DNA of 64,000 nt from the NCBI GenBank assembly GCA_965223855.1, contig CBDCXM010000009.1, forward strand, positions 2,080,001 to 2,144,000, written 5' to 3'. Below, one piece after another: positions 31,880-42,700 of the stretch. This DNA is from Candidatus Multivoradales bacterium. GTDB lineage: Bacteria > Acidobacteriota > Thermoanaerobaculia > Multivoradales > JAHEKO01. Under the pieces are notes generated by a model. The model ran no database searches and was not told the DNA's origin. It saw nothing but the letters and a program-made list of their open reading frames with translations. A program made the position numbers and the translations under genes. Position 1 is the first letter of the stretch, and each line of letters begins with the position of its first letter.

Positions 31880-33189
31880 GCCGCGGCCGACTTGCCTGGT
31901 CGCTGTCGTGGCGCCTGTTCGGCGGCCGGCGGACCCGACTGCTGTCCGGGACGACCTGGGCGGCTCTCCTGGCGACGGCGCTCGGCGTTGCCGCGATGGT
32001 GATCGCGATGGCGCTCATGACTGGCTACCGTGAGGACCTGCAGGCGAAGCTGGTGCAGGGGAGCGCAGCGATGGCTGCCTACCCGCAGCGGGCGTTGACG
32101 GAGGGTGAGCTTCAGCGGGCGCTCGAGACCGCTGCCACGACCCCCGGGGTGGAGGAGGCGCGCCTGGTGGCCTACGGTCAGGGCTCCCTCTCGAGCGCTG
32201 CGCGGCCCGACGGCGTCGACGTTACCTACCGCGGTCTCGAAGGGGGGAGCGGGCTCGATGCGGTATGCGAGCTCAAATGGCTTCCACCGCCCGAGCGGCC
32301 GTCCGGGACCGACGACGGCGCGCGGGCGCTCGAGGTCATCGTAGGCCGCCAGCTCCACGAAGAGTTGAGGCCGAACGACGGAGAGCCGCTCGAGCTGATG
32401 GCGCTGCGTTTCGGCGGTGGGCGCCCGTCGTTTCGCTACGCGTCGGCGCGGGTGGTGGGGGTGTGCGAGACCGGCTTCGCCGAGTTCGACCGTCAGTGGG
32501 TGCTGCTCGATCGCGCCCGCCTGGAGTCGCTGATAGGGGAGGCCGGGCTGTCGGTGATCGAAATGACGATCGAGGGGGGCCACGACCCGGAGCTCGTCGA
32601 GCTCGCCCGCGGCCGGCTCGGCGACGACTTCCTCGTCTCCGACTATCTCGACCTCAATCGGGAGCTCTTCGCCGCCTTGCGGCTGCAGCAGTGGATGCTC
32701 TTCCTGGTGCTCGGGCTGATCGTCTTCGTCTCGACCTTCAACACCGCCTCGAGCCTCGTCGTGCTGGTGCGCGAACGACGGCGCGATTTCGGGGTGCTCG
32801 CCGCTCTCGGCCTTTCGCCGGAGGAGCAGCGGGGAGTGTTTCTTCGCTACGGCCTGCTGCTGGGGCTCTTCGGCACCCTGCTCGGCGTGCTTCTCGGTAG
32901 CGGTGTCTCCTGGGCGCTCAACGAGTTCGAGCTGATCCGCTTCGATTCCGAGATGGCGGCGATCTACTTCCTCTCGGCAGTGCCGTTCCGGGTCGTAGCC
33001 CGGGATGTACTGGCCGTCGCCGCCTTCACGATGGCCGTGACCCTCCTCGCCTGCTGGCTGCCGGCGCGTCGTGCGGGGCGGCTCGATCCCATCCGAGGCG
33101 CTGCGCAGCGAGTGACCGCGTCGGGAACCGAACGAGGAGGGGGGCCGCTCGTCGCGGCCCCCCGGTTGCGGTCGGTCACCGCTCGGTGA
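31876..33189 (+). CDS. LolC/E-family (FtsX-like) ABC permease; true end probably 33115 (1-nt insertion near 33093)
   Basis: ALGVAAMVIAMALMTGY, RRRDFGVLAALG, AIYFLSAVPF, WLPARRAGRLDP; the shifted frame gives DPIEALRSE*. Confidence 0.85.
33139..33163 (+). terminator. GC-rich stem-loop after the lolC/E-like gene
   Basis: GGGGGGCCGC-TCGTC-GCGGCCCCCC (10-bp stem), 24 bp after the corrected stop; no U-tract. Confidence 0.5.
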
Positions 33190-33325
33190 GAGCGGCGGTG
33201 GGAAAGGGGACTGGCGAAGCCGAAGCTTCGTGGTGGAGCCCGGAACACCCCCCACGAATGTGGGCGGGCCGGCCCCGGAGGGAGGTCGGCAGCGCCGACC
33301 GGATTCAGATATACATACGCTGGGG

Positions 33326-33538
33326 ATGAGAGAACGGTTTCGCGGGACGGAGGGCGGCGCTTCGCTGGCGCGTTTCGAGGCCAGTCTGGGCTGCTGTGCG
33401 CGCTGCCGGCACCGTGAATGGGTGCGCGGCCGCGACAGGTCCTACGTGCGATGCGCCGCCTCGCGGACCGACCCGCGCCTGGCGCGCTACCCGCACCTGC
33501 CGACCTTCGACTGCCACGGTTTCGAGACCGGGGAGTGA
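33326..33538 (+). CDS. small Cys-rich protein (70 aa)
   Basis: CCARCRH...C...DPRLARYPHLP..C; stop lies 4 bp before the GcvT-like gene. Confidence 0.6.
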   Translation: MRERFRGTEGGASLARFEASLGCCARCRHREWVRGRDRSYVRCAASRTDPRLARYPHLPTFDCHGFETGE

Positions 33539-33542
33539 CGGC

Positions 33543-34733
33543 GTGCCGATTCCGACTCCCTTCCACGAGCGACTCGCCCCTCTGTGCCACAGCTACCGCT
33601 GGAAGGACTGGGCGGGTCGGCTCGCGGTCTGCTCGTTCGATCACGGGGCGGAGCCCGAGTACACGGCCATCCGTCACGCGGCGGCGGCGATCGACGTCAG
33701 CCCGCTGTACAAGTACGAGGTGAGAGGCCGCCAGGCGGCCGAGCTGCTGGCTCAGGTGATGACCCGGGACGTGCGCAAGCTGGCGGTCGGCCGGGTGACC
33801 TACTGCTGCTGGTGCGACGACGCCGGCAAGGTGGTCGATGACGGCACGGTGACCCGCTGGGGGCGACGGCGCTTCCGGGTCACGGCGGCCGAGCCGAGTC
33901 TGCGGTGGTTCAGGACTGCGGCGGCGGGGCTCGAGGTCGAGATCGACGACATCAGCGAATCGGTCGCCGCTCTCGCCGTGCAGGGACCGAGATCGCGCGA
34001 TCTGCTCGTCGACTGCCTCGGAGACGGTGTCGCCGAGCTGCGCTTCTTCCGTGCGGTCGAGATCGAGAGCCTCGGGTTCCCGGTGGGGGTGACCCGCACC
34101 GGCTACACGGGAGACCTCGGGTACGAGTTGTGGGTCGAGGCGGACCGGGCGCTCGAGTTGTGGGATGCACTGGCGGCTCACGGCTCCCGTCACGGCTTCA
34201 CCCCGGCCGGGCTCGACGCCCTCGACATGTCGCGCATCGAGGCGGGCTTCATCATGCTCGATGTCGACTACTACAGCGCACCGCGCGTCGTCCTCGAGTC
34301 GCGCAAGTCGTCGCCGTGGGAGCTCGGCCTCGGCTGGACCGTCGATCTCGACCGCGACCCGTTCGTCGGCCAGGCGGCGCTGGCGGCGGAGAAGGAGCGC
34401 GGTCCGGCCTGGAGCTTCGTCGGGCTCCTTGCCGACTACGGCGATCTCGAGCGGCTCTACGATCGCCACGGGCTTCCGGCCTCGCTGCCGGCCGGCGCGA
34501 GCCGTGATCCGATTCCGGTCTTCGACGGCAACCGTCAGGTCGGTCGGGCGACCAGCCACCTGTGGTCGCCGACCCTCAAGCAGCAGATCGCGCTCGCGTC
34601 GGTCGAGTCCGGTTCCGCCGCCGTCGGCTCGGTGCTCGGGATCGAGCACACCGTCGAGTTCGAGCGCGATCGGGTGCGAGCGACCGTCGTCGAGACCCCG
34701 TTCTTCGACCCGCCGAGGAAGCGCAAGCCGTGA
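33543..34733 (+). CDS. GcvT-like aminomethyltransferase family protein
   Basis: IDVSPL, VVDDGTV, AVQGPRSR, RTGYTGDLGYE, RIEAG, PFFDP. Confidence 0.92.
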   Translation: MPIPTPFHERLAPLCHSYRWKDWAGRLAVCSFDHGAEPEYTAIRHAAAAIDVSPLYKYEVRGRQAAELLAQVMTRDVRKLAVGRVTYCCWCDDAGKVVDDGTVTRWGRRRFRVTAAEPSLRWFRTAAAGLEVEIDDISESVAALAVQGPRSRDLLVDCLGDGVAELRFFRAVEIESLGFPVGVTRTGYTGDLGYELWVEADRALELWDALAAHGSRHGFTPAGLDALDMSRIEAGFIMLDVDYYSAPRVVLESRKSSPWELGLGWTVDLDRDPFVGQAALAAEKERGPAWSFVGLLADYGDLERLYDRHGLPASLPAGASRDPIPVFDGNRQVGRATSHLWSPTLKQQIALASVESGSAAVGSVLGIEHTVEFERDRVRATVVETPFFDPPRKRKP

Positions 34734-36325
34734 GCGAGCGGTGGGACGCGATCGTCGTCGGCGCCGGTCACAACGGCTTGACCTGCGCCGCCTATCTCGC
34801 GCGAGCCGGGCGCAAGGTGCTGGTGCTCGAGAGACGGGAGATTCTCGGCGGCGCGACCGTCAGCGAGGAGGTCTTCCCGGGATTCACGTTCTCGGCATGC
34901 TCCTACGTCGTCAGCCTGCTGCGGCCCTGGATCATGCGCGATCTCGAACTGCCGCGCCGGGGGCTGGAGATCCTGCCGCTGGAGGCGACCTTCACCCCGT
35001 TCCCCGACGGCAGCTACCTGCTGCGCGACGGCGACCCCGAGCGCACCCGCCGGCGGATCGCCCGTTTCTCGCCCCACGATGCCGAGGTCTATCCGGAGTT
35101 CGGGCGGGTGATGGGAGAGCTCGGGAGGCTCGTCAAGCCGATCATCGACCGCCCGGCGCCCGACCCGACGACGCTCGATCCGAGAGAGCTGTGGGATCTG
35201 GGCGCGCTCGGCAAGGGGCTGGTCGATCGCGGCTACGACTGGCTGGCCGCCGAGTACAAGATGCTCACCTCGAGCGCCGTCGATCTGCTTTCCGAATGGT
35301 TCGAGTCGGAGGCGTTGATCGCGCCGATGTCGGTGAGCGGCATTATCGGTACGTTCCTCGGCGTGCGCTCGCCCGGTACCGCCTACGTGCTGCTGCACCA
35401 CTACATGGGCGAGATCGACGGGGCGTTCCGGGCCTGGGGGCTGGCGAAGGGGGGGACGGGAGCCGTGGCGGCGGCGATCGCCGACGCCGCACGTGAGCAC
35501 GGGGTCGAGATCCGGCCGTCGGCGCCGGTGGAGAGGGTGATCGTCGAGCGGGATCGAGCGGTCGGCGTGGTACTCGAGAACGGCGACGAGCTGCGGGCGA
35601 AGGAGGTCGTCTCGGGCCTCGACCCCCGTCGCACCTTCCTCGGCCTCGTCGGCGAGGAGCATCTGGAGGACGACTTCGCCCGCCAGATCGGCCGCTTCAA
35701 GCTCCGCGGCAGCTCCGGCAAGGTCAATCTCGCCCTCGATGCGCTTCCCGAGTTCGGCTGTCTGCCCGGCGACGGCGTGCACCTGCGTGGCGACATCACG
35801 ATCGCGCCGAGCGTCGACTATCTCGAACGGGCCTACGACGACGCCAAGTACGGGCGCTTCTCGCGCCGGCCGTTCATGGACATCGTCATCCCTTCACTCA
35901 CCGACCCGAGCGTGGCGCCGCCCGGCAAGCACGTGATGTCGATCTTCGTTCAGTACGCCCCCTATCATCTCGCCGAAGGTGCCGACGCCTGGCCGGCGCG
36001 GCGGGAGGAGTTCGGCGACACGGTCATCGCCACCCTCGCCGAGTACATGCCGGGGCTCGAAGATCGCATCCTCCACCGCCAGGTGCTGACGCCGTGGGAC
36101 CTCGAACAGACGTACGGCCTCTCGGAGGGCAACATCTTCCACGGCGAGTTGAGCCTCGAGCAGCTCGCCTTCCAGCGACCGGCGGCGGGCTGGGCGCACT
36201 ATCGCACCCCGGTCGACGGACTGTGGCTGTGCGCCTCGGGAGCTCATCCCGGTGGCGGCATCATGGGCGCTCCCGGCGCGTTGTGCGCGCGCGCGATTCT
36301 CGGGCAGCGGGGAGCCGCGGGATGA
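34730..36325 (+). CDS. FAD-dependent oxidoreductase, phytoene-dehydrogenase-like (COG1233)
   Basis: GAGHNGL, GNIFHGEL, YRTPVDGLWLC, HPGGGIMGAPG. Confidence 0.92.
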   Translation: MSERWDAIVVGAGHNGLTCAAYLARAGRKVLVLERREILGGATVSEEVFPGFTFSACSYVVSLLRPWIMRDLELPRRGLEILPLEATFTPFPDGSYLLRDGDPERTRRRIARFSPHDAEVYPEFGRVMGELGRLVKPIIDRPAPDPTTLDPRELWDLGALGKGLVDRGYDWLAAEYKMLTSSAVDLLSEWFESEALIAPMSVSGIIGTFLGVRSPGTAYVLLHHYMGEIDGAFRAWGLAKGGTGAVAAAIADAAREHGVEIRPSAPVERVIVERDRAVGVVLENGDELRAKEVVSGLDPRRTFLGLVGEEHLEDDFARQIGRFKLRGSSGKVNLALDALPEFGCLPGDGVHLRGDITIAPSVDYLERAYDDAKYGRFSRRPFMDIVIPSLTDPSVAPPGKHVMSIFVQYAPYHLAEGADAWPARREEFGDTVIATLAEYMPGLEDRILHRQVLTPWDLEQTYGLSEGNIFHGELSLEQLAFQRPAAGWAHYRTPVDGLWLCASGAHPGGGIMGAPGALCARAILGQRGAAG

Positions 36326-37842
36326 GCGCCACGGCGGTCGTCATCGGCGGTGGGGCGAACGGTCTCGTCGCGGCCTGGAGGCTGGCCTCCGAGGGACGAC
36401 GTGTCGTCGTCTGCGAGCGGCGGGACCGGCTCGGAGGCCTCGCCGCGATCGACGAGTTCCATCCCGACTTTCACGCTCCGGGTGTGCTCGAAGACACGAC
36501 CGGCTTCCGGCCCTGGATTGCCGAGGCGATGGACCTCGAAGCGGTCGGCTGGCGCGGGCGCCGGCCGTCGGCGATCACCGTGGCGTCACCGGACGGGGTC
36601 TTCGCCCGCTGGCAGGGCGAGGAGCGCAGCGGGGCCGCGGCGAGCGAGGCGGAGGCGTTCGAGGCGCACTCGCGATTCGTTCGCGAGGTGGCACCGGCGG
36701 TGACGCGGCTGCTCGATCGCCCGCCGCCACGCCTCGATGTCGACGGTGTCGCCTCGGCGCTCGCGCTGGCGCGCGACGGCTGGGCGCTGCGCCGTCTCGG
36801 AAGGGAGACCCTCACCGAGCTCCTGCGGGTCGGCCCGATGCCGGCAGCCGACTGGCTGCGCGAGCGCTTCGCCTCCGAGCGACTGATCGAAGCGTTGATC
36901 GCTCCGGCGGTCCTCGGCACCTGGCTCGGTCCCCACTCGGCGGGGAGCGCTGCGAACCTGCTGGCGCTCGAGACGAGGGCCGGTGCCGAGACCGTAGGCG
37001 GTGCCTCGGCGCTCGTCGAGGCGCTCGAGACCGCCTGCCGCCGCAAGGGAGTCGAGTTCGAGCTCAGCGCAGCGGCCTCGCGTCTGAGGCTCGATGGGCG
37101 CTCGGTTCGAGCCGTCGAGATGGAGAGCGGCGACCCGATCGACTGCGACACCGTCGTCGCGACCTGTGATCCGCGACGCGCCTACGCCCTCGCTCCACCC
37201 GGTGCCCTGCCGCTGAAGGCGCGTGAGCGGATCGCCAACTGGCGCTGCCGCGGAACCCTCGCGAAGGTGCGACTGGCGCTCGACGACCGTTTCGAGATCG
37301 ACGGCCACGCGGCTTCGATCGTGCGGATCGGCACCGGTACCATCGACGGTCTCGAGCAGGCGTTCGACGCCGTCAAGTATCGCCGCCTCCCGGACGTGCC
37401 CTTTCTCGAAGTACGCCAGCCGTCGCTCGAAAACCCCGACCTGGCGCCCGGCGGAGGGCACGTGCTGTCGGTCGCCGTCGGCTTCGCACCGCTCGATCTG
37501 GAGGGTGGGTGGACCGACGAAGCGAAGGCGACGCTTCTTCGCACCACCGTGGATCGTCTGGAGCAGGTGTCGCCCGGAGCGTCGAAGCGGATCGTCGGCA
37601 GCGAAGTGCTGACACCGATCGACATCGAACGCCGCTACGGCGCGACCGGTGGCCAGCAGCACCACGGTGAGCACGCCCTCGACCAGCTGCTCTTCCTGCG
37701 CCCCGGCCACCGCCTCGCCCACTACGCCACGCCGATCGACGGCTACTTCCTCGCCGGGAGCGGAGCGCATCCCGGCGGTGGCCTGACCGGGGTCCCCGGG
37801 TGGCTGGGAGCCGGTGTGGCTCTGGAGGCGGACTCGGGTTAG
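36322..37842 (+). CDS. second, more divergent COG1233 FAD-dependent oxidoreductase
   Basis: GGGANGL, HHGEHALDQ, YATPIDG, HPGGGLTGVPG. Confidence 0.9.
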   Translation: MSATAVVIGGGANGLVAAWRLASEGRRVVVCERRDRLGGLAAIDEFHPDFHAPGVLEDTTGFRPWIAEAMDLEAVGWRGRRPSAITVASPDGVFARWQGEERSGAAASEAEAFEAHSRFVREVAPAVTRLLDRPPPRLDVDGVASALALARDGWALRRLGRETLTELLRVGPMPAADWLRERFASERLIEALIAPAVLGTWLGPHSAGSAANLLALETRAGAETVGGASALVEALETACRRKGVEFELSAAASRLRLDGRSVRAVEMESGDPIDCDTVVATCDPRRAYALAPPGALPLKARERIANWRCRGTLAKVRLALDDRFEIDGHAASIVRIGTGTIDGLEQAFDAVKYRRLPDVPFLEVRQPSLENPDLAPGGGHVLSVAVGFAPLDLEGGWTDEAKATLLRTTVDRLEQVSPGASKRIVGSEVLTPIDIERRYGATGGQQHHGEHALDQLLFLRPGHRLAHYATPIDGYFLAGSGAHPGGGLTGVPGWLGAGVALEADSG

Positions 37843-38216
37843 GGGGCACTGCGCGGCGCTCGGTCGAAAGGTTCCGACCGCCTCGACAGGCTTTCCGGGA
37901 GTGCAACCGGGAGGTCCGCAGACGGGGAACCTGGGCCAGGCTTTGCCTGAGCCTTCCGCGTAGGCCTCCCGACCTGGGACGAAGAGCCGGTCCTCGAGAG
38001 TAAATCGTTCCCGACTGGTGCGCTCACCCCGGTTCGACACCAGCCAAGGTGGGTCCGGTTTTCCACCTGCCGCTCACACACTCCGGCAGACCTGGAAGTC
38101 CTCTCGGAAAGAGCTCGCGAAACGGCTCGAGGTGCTTCTGCCATCGACCGTTCGGTCTCTTCAGAGATTCGCCCGGTCATTCCGGGCCGGCGTTTCGGCC
38201 CGGCTGCGTCCGCAGA

Positions 38217-38864
38217 TCAATCCCCTTCGTAGCGGAACACCCGCCTCAGCGCACTCGAGAGCTCCTGGCGCACCCCGGGCGACGGTGACCGGCGGCCGAC
38301 CTGCCCGACGAGGTACCTGCCGATCGGGGTGTCGACGGAGACCAGGCTCAGAAGCTTCTCCTCGAGCTCGATCTCTACCAGCGAACCGAGCGGCACGAGC
38401 AGCTTGCCGTTGATGGTCTCGATGAGTTGGAGAACGCTCGCGGCGATGGCGAGGAGGCTCGGAGAGACCGAGCGATCGATCAGCGGCAGGCCGTCGGAGT
38501 CGACGACGAAGGCCGCCTCGGCGCCGGCGCTCTCGGTGAGCCAGCCGAGGAAACTGTCGAGGCGGCTCCTCAGCGGTCCCGCCGACGGCACGAACTCGGG
38601 AACGTCCTCCTCAGCTCCGGAGCCTTCACCACGGGAGCCTTCACCGCCGGAGCCGTCCGGCTCCGGTTCTTCCTCGACCTCGACCGCTACGACAGGCGAG
38701 GGTGCGGCGTCGACGATCTCGACCGGCGAGGCGTCGTCCGGCTCGCTCTCGATCTCGACAGGTGGTCGGACGACGGCGATCGCCTGCCGCGGACGGGGCA
38801 TCCCCATCCGGGCGAGCGTCGTCGCGAGGCCGGCGGGGTCAATCCAGGAGATGGACGACGTCAT
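38217..38864 (-). CDS. Roadblock/LC7 (MglB-like) domain protein with acidic disordered linker
   Basis: C-terminal AEAAFVVDSDGLPL...LAIAAS pattern; overlaps the parA stop. Confidence 0.6.
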   Translation of the reverse strand: MTSSISWIDPAGLATTLARMGMPRPRQAIAVVRPPVEIESEPDDASPVEIVDAAPSPVVAVEVEEEPEPDGSGGEGSRGEGSGAEEDVPEFVPSAGPLRSRLDSFLGWLTESAGAEAAFVVDSDGLPLIDRSVSPSLLAIAASVLQLIETINGKLLVPLGSLVEIELEEKLLSLVSVDTPIGRYLVGQVGRRSPSPGVRQELSSALRRVFRYEGD

Positions 38865-39633
38865 CGTCTTTGTCGCTCACGAGCCCGATGCGCTCCTCGA
38901 GTTCCGCCGCCAGCCCGTCGAACACGGATGCCACCGACGGCGGCCGCCGCCGGCTCAAGAGGCTCACCGGCACTCCGTGGGCGCTCGCCTTCAGGAACGC
39001 CGGGTCGCGTGGCAGGAACGCCTCGAAGACGAGAGAGGAGGGGAGGAGGTTCCACACCTCCTGCACCGTCTCGAGGGAAATCTCGTCGCGCGACTGGACC
39101 ATCGTCAGCACCAGGCCGGCGAACTCGAGGCCGGTCTGGTCGTGCACCTCGGCGATCGTCTCGAGGACCCCCTGCAGGGTGCGCACCGAGAGCGGCTCGG
39201 CCTGCATCGGCAGGAGGGCGTAGTCCGCCGTCCGCAGGACGTTGCGGGTACGGCCCTCGAGGCCGGACGCGGTGTCGACGATCATGACGTCGAAGTGCCG
39301 CGAGGCGCGGTCGATCAGGTTCCCGAAGACCGGCTCTGCGATCTCGGCGCCGGAGGGACGGTGGTCGCGGATTCCGCCGACCGGCAGGAAGGCGAGCTCC
39401 TTGATCTTGGTCGGCAGGATGACGTCGCGCAGCGTCCGCTGCCCCTTGGCGTATTCGGTGAGCCCGTGTGCCACCTTGAGTTCGCGCTTGAGGGAGAGGG
39501 AGATCGCACCCTGCGGGTCGGCATCGACGACCAGCGTTCGCCACCCCCTGCGGGCGAGGGCGAGGCTGGTATTGAGCGCCACGGTCGTCTTTCCCACGCC
39601 ACCCTTCTGACTGACGACGCCGACGGTCTTCAC
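38839..39633 (-). CDS. ParA/Soj-family ATPase
   Basis: [10 protein letters not shown] deviant Walker A, DADPQG, IVDT. Confidence 0.92.
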   Translation of the reverse strand: MKTVGVVSQKGGVGKTTVALNTSLALARRGWRTLVVDADPQGAISLSLKRELKVAHGLTEYAKGQRTLRDVILPTKIKELAFLPVGGIRDHRPSGAEIAEPVFGNLIDRASRHFDVMIVDTASGLEGRTRNVLRTADYALLPMQAEPLSVRTLQGVLETIAEVHDQTGLEFAGLVLTMVQSRDEISLETVQEVWNLLPSSLVFEAFLPRDPAFLKASAHGVPVSLLSRRRPPSVASVFDGLAAELEERIGLVSDKDDDVVHLLD

Positions 39634-39731
39634 GTTCCCTCCCAGGCGCTTCGGCCCTGCATCCGTTTCGCGGTTCCCTTGCCCGGCAGTGTATACGAAC
39701 GATCCCGCGCTTCGGGTTAGACTCCCCGCCG

Positions 39732-42700
39732 ATGCCTCGCCGCTCCGACCTCGATTCGATCCTCGTCGTCGGTTCCGGGCCGATCGTCATCGGACAGGCG
39801 TGCGAGTTCGACTACTCCGGCACCCAGGCGTGCCGGGTGCTGCGCCGCGAGGGGTACCGGGTGGTGCTGGTCAACTCCAACCCGGCGACGATCATGACCG
39901 ACCCGCAGTTCGCGGATGCGACCTACGTCGAGCCGCTGGTGCCCGAGGTCGTCGAGCGGATCCTCGAACGGGAGCGTCCGGATGCCCTGCTGCCGACGGT
40001 CGGCGGACAGACCGGGATCAACCTGACGCTGGCACTGTCCGACTCCGGTGTGCTCGAGCGCCTCGGTGTCGAGGTGCTCGGGGCGAACATCGGCGCGCTC
40101 AGGCTGGGGGAGGACCGACTGCTCTTCAAGGAAGCGATGGAGGAGATCGGGCTCGCCGTCCCCGCCAGCGGCTACGCCGGCTCGCTCGACGAGGCGCGCG
40201 AGATCGCGGCCCGGATCGGCTACCCGCTCATCATCCGGCCGAGCTTCACCCTCGGCGGGGAAGGGGGCGGAACGGTCTACAACCGTGACGAGCTGGACGA
40301 CATGGTGGCGACGGCGCTCGATGCCAGCCCGACTCGCCAGGTGCTGCTCGAGCAGTCGGTTCTCGGCTGGAAGGAGTTCGAGCTCGAGGTGATCCGCGAC
40401 CGTGCGGACAACGCGATCGTCGTCTGCTCGGTGGAGAACGTCGACGCGATGGGGGTGCACACCGGCGACTCGATCACCGTGGCACCGCAACAGACGCTCT
40501 CCGATCGTGAGTACCAGGAGATGCGGACGGAGGCGTTCGCCGTCATCCGGCGGGTCGGTGTCGCGACCGGCGGTTCGAACATCCAGTTCGCCGTCGATCC
40601 GGCGACCGGCGACCGGGTGGTGATCGAGATGAACCCGCGGGTGTCGCGCTCCTCGGCGCTGGCCTCGAAGGCGACCGGCTTCCCGATCGCCAAGATCGCC
40701 GCCCTGCTGGCGGTCGGCTACACCCTCGACGAGATCGAGAACGACATCACCGGCGAGACCTACGCCGCCTTCGAGCCGGCGCTCGACTACACCGTCGTCA
40801 AGGTGCCGCGCTGGGCGTTCGAGAAGTTCCCGGCGACGACCCCGGTCCTCGGGACGTCGATGAAGTCGGTCGGCGAGGTGATGGCGATCGGGGCGACCTT
40901 CCGCGAGGCGTTGATGAAGGCGCTGGCGTCCCTCGAGCTCGACGGCACGCTGGCGTCGCGCGAGAGCCGGATGGCCGACCCGGTGCGGCTGCGGCGGCGG
41001 CTTTCGACCCCCAACTGGGAGCGTCTGTTCGCGGTCTTCGCGGCGCTGCGCCAGGGGTGGACGGTCGAGGAGGTCTACGAGGCGAGCCACATCGACCCGT
41101 GGTTCCTGCGCGAGATCGCCGCGATCCTGGAAGTGGAGGGGGAGCTCGGCTGCTGGAATCTCGAGAGCGTGCCCGTCGAGCTGGTCGAGCGCGGGCGGCA
41201 CGCCGGGCTCTCGGGAGCGCGGATCGCGCAGCTGCTCGACTGTTCGCTGGAGGCGTTCCGTGCCCGCGAGCGTGAGTGGGGCATCCGGCGGGTCTACAAA
41301 CGGGTCGATACCTGCGCCGCCGAGTTCCCCGCTCGCACTCCCTACTTCTACTCGACCTACGGCGACGAGGACGAGGCCGAAGTCACCGACCGGCGCAAGG
41401 TCGTCATCCTCGGCTCCGGCCCCAACCGGGTCGGTCAGGGGATCGAGTTCGACTACTGCTGCGTGCACGCCGCCTACGCGCTTTCGGACGCCGGTCTCGA
41501 GACCGTGATGGTCAACTGCAACCCGGAGACGGTGTCGACCGACTACGACACCTCCGACCGTCTCTATTTCGAGCCGTTGACCCTCGAATCGGTGCTCGAG
41601 ATCTGCGAGCGGGAGCGTCCCGAGGGGGTGATCGTCCAGCTCGGCGGACAGACGCCGCTGAAGCTCGCGCACGGCCTCGAAGCGGCGGGCGTGCCGATCC
41701 TCGGCACGCCGCCCGACGCGATCGACCTGGCCGAGGATCGCGAGCGCTTCGGTGCGCTTCTCGCCGAGCACGGCATCCGTCAGCCGGAGAACGGCATCGC
41801 GCGCACCGAGGACGAGGGGGTGGCGGCGGCTCGGGAGATCGGCTATCCGGTGCTGGTGCGCCCGAGCTACGTCCTCGGCGGCCGCGCGATGGCGGTCTGC
41901 TACGACGACGACAGTCTCGCCGACTACATGCGCCAGGCGGCCGAGGTGTCTCCCGGCCAGCCGGTGCTGCTCGACCGCTTTCTCGACGACGCTTTCGAGC
42001 TCGACCTCGACCTGCTGGCCGACGGCGAGCGGGCGGTGGTCGCGGGCGTGATGCAGCACATCGAGGAAGCGGGCATCCACTCCGGCGACTCGGCGGCGGT
42101 GCTGCCGCCGCATGCGGTCGACGACGAGCGGGTCGACGAGATGCGCGGGATCGCACGCGAGCTGGCGCTCGCTTTGGGTGTCAAGGGTCTGATGAACGTG
42201 CAGTTCGCCCTTCACGAAGGGGAGGTCTACGTTCTCGAGGTCAACCCGAGGGCGTCGCGGACGGTGCCGTTCATCGCCAAGGCGGTCGGTATCCCGCTGG
42301 TCGGGCTGGCCGCCCGGGTGATGGCCGGGGCGACCCTGGAGGAGCTCGGCTTCGTCGAGGAGCCCCCGGTGCCGGGCGTCTTCGTCAAGGCTCCGGTCTT
42401 CCCGTTCCGCCGCTTCCCGGGTGTCGATCCGCTGCTCGGCCCGGAGATGAAGTCGACCGGCGAGGTGATGGGGGTCAGCCAGGACCTCGGTCAGGCGTTC
42501 GCCAAGGCGTGGTTCGGCGCCGGGCACGACCTGCCGACGTCCGGCGTCGCCTTCCTGTCCGTCAACGATCGCGACAAGCCCGCCCTCGAGCCGATCGCCC
42601 GCGACCTCGAGGATCTCGGCTTTCACCTGACCGCCACGGCGGGGACCGCCGCCTCCCTGGGTCTGGCGGGGCTCGAGGTCGAGGTCGTCCCCAAGGTGAT

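Noticed and set aside
34730-37842. Carotenoid biosynthesis (crtI)
   Set aside because: No crtB/crtE; the GcvT-like context points to the non-carotenoid COG1233 branch
37843-38216. Glycine or cobalamin riboswitch, tmRNA or RNase P assignment
   Set aside because: Only fragmentary matches (CTCTGAAGAGACC and CTCAGGCAAAG on minus; AGACCTG on plus); no downstream co-oriented gene; hallmark termini missing
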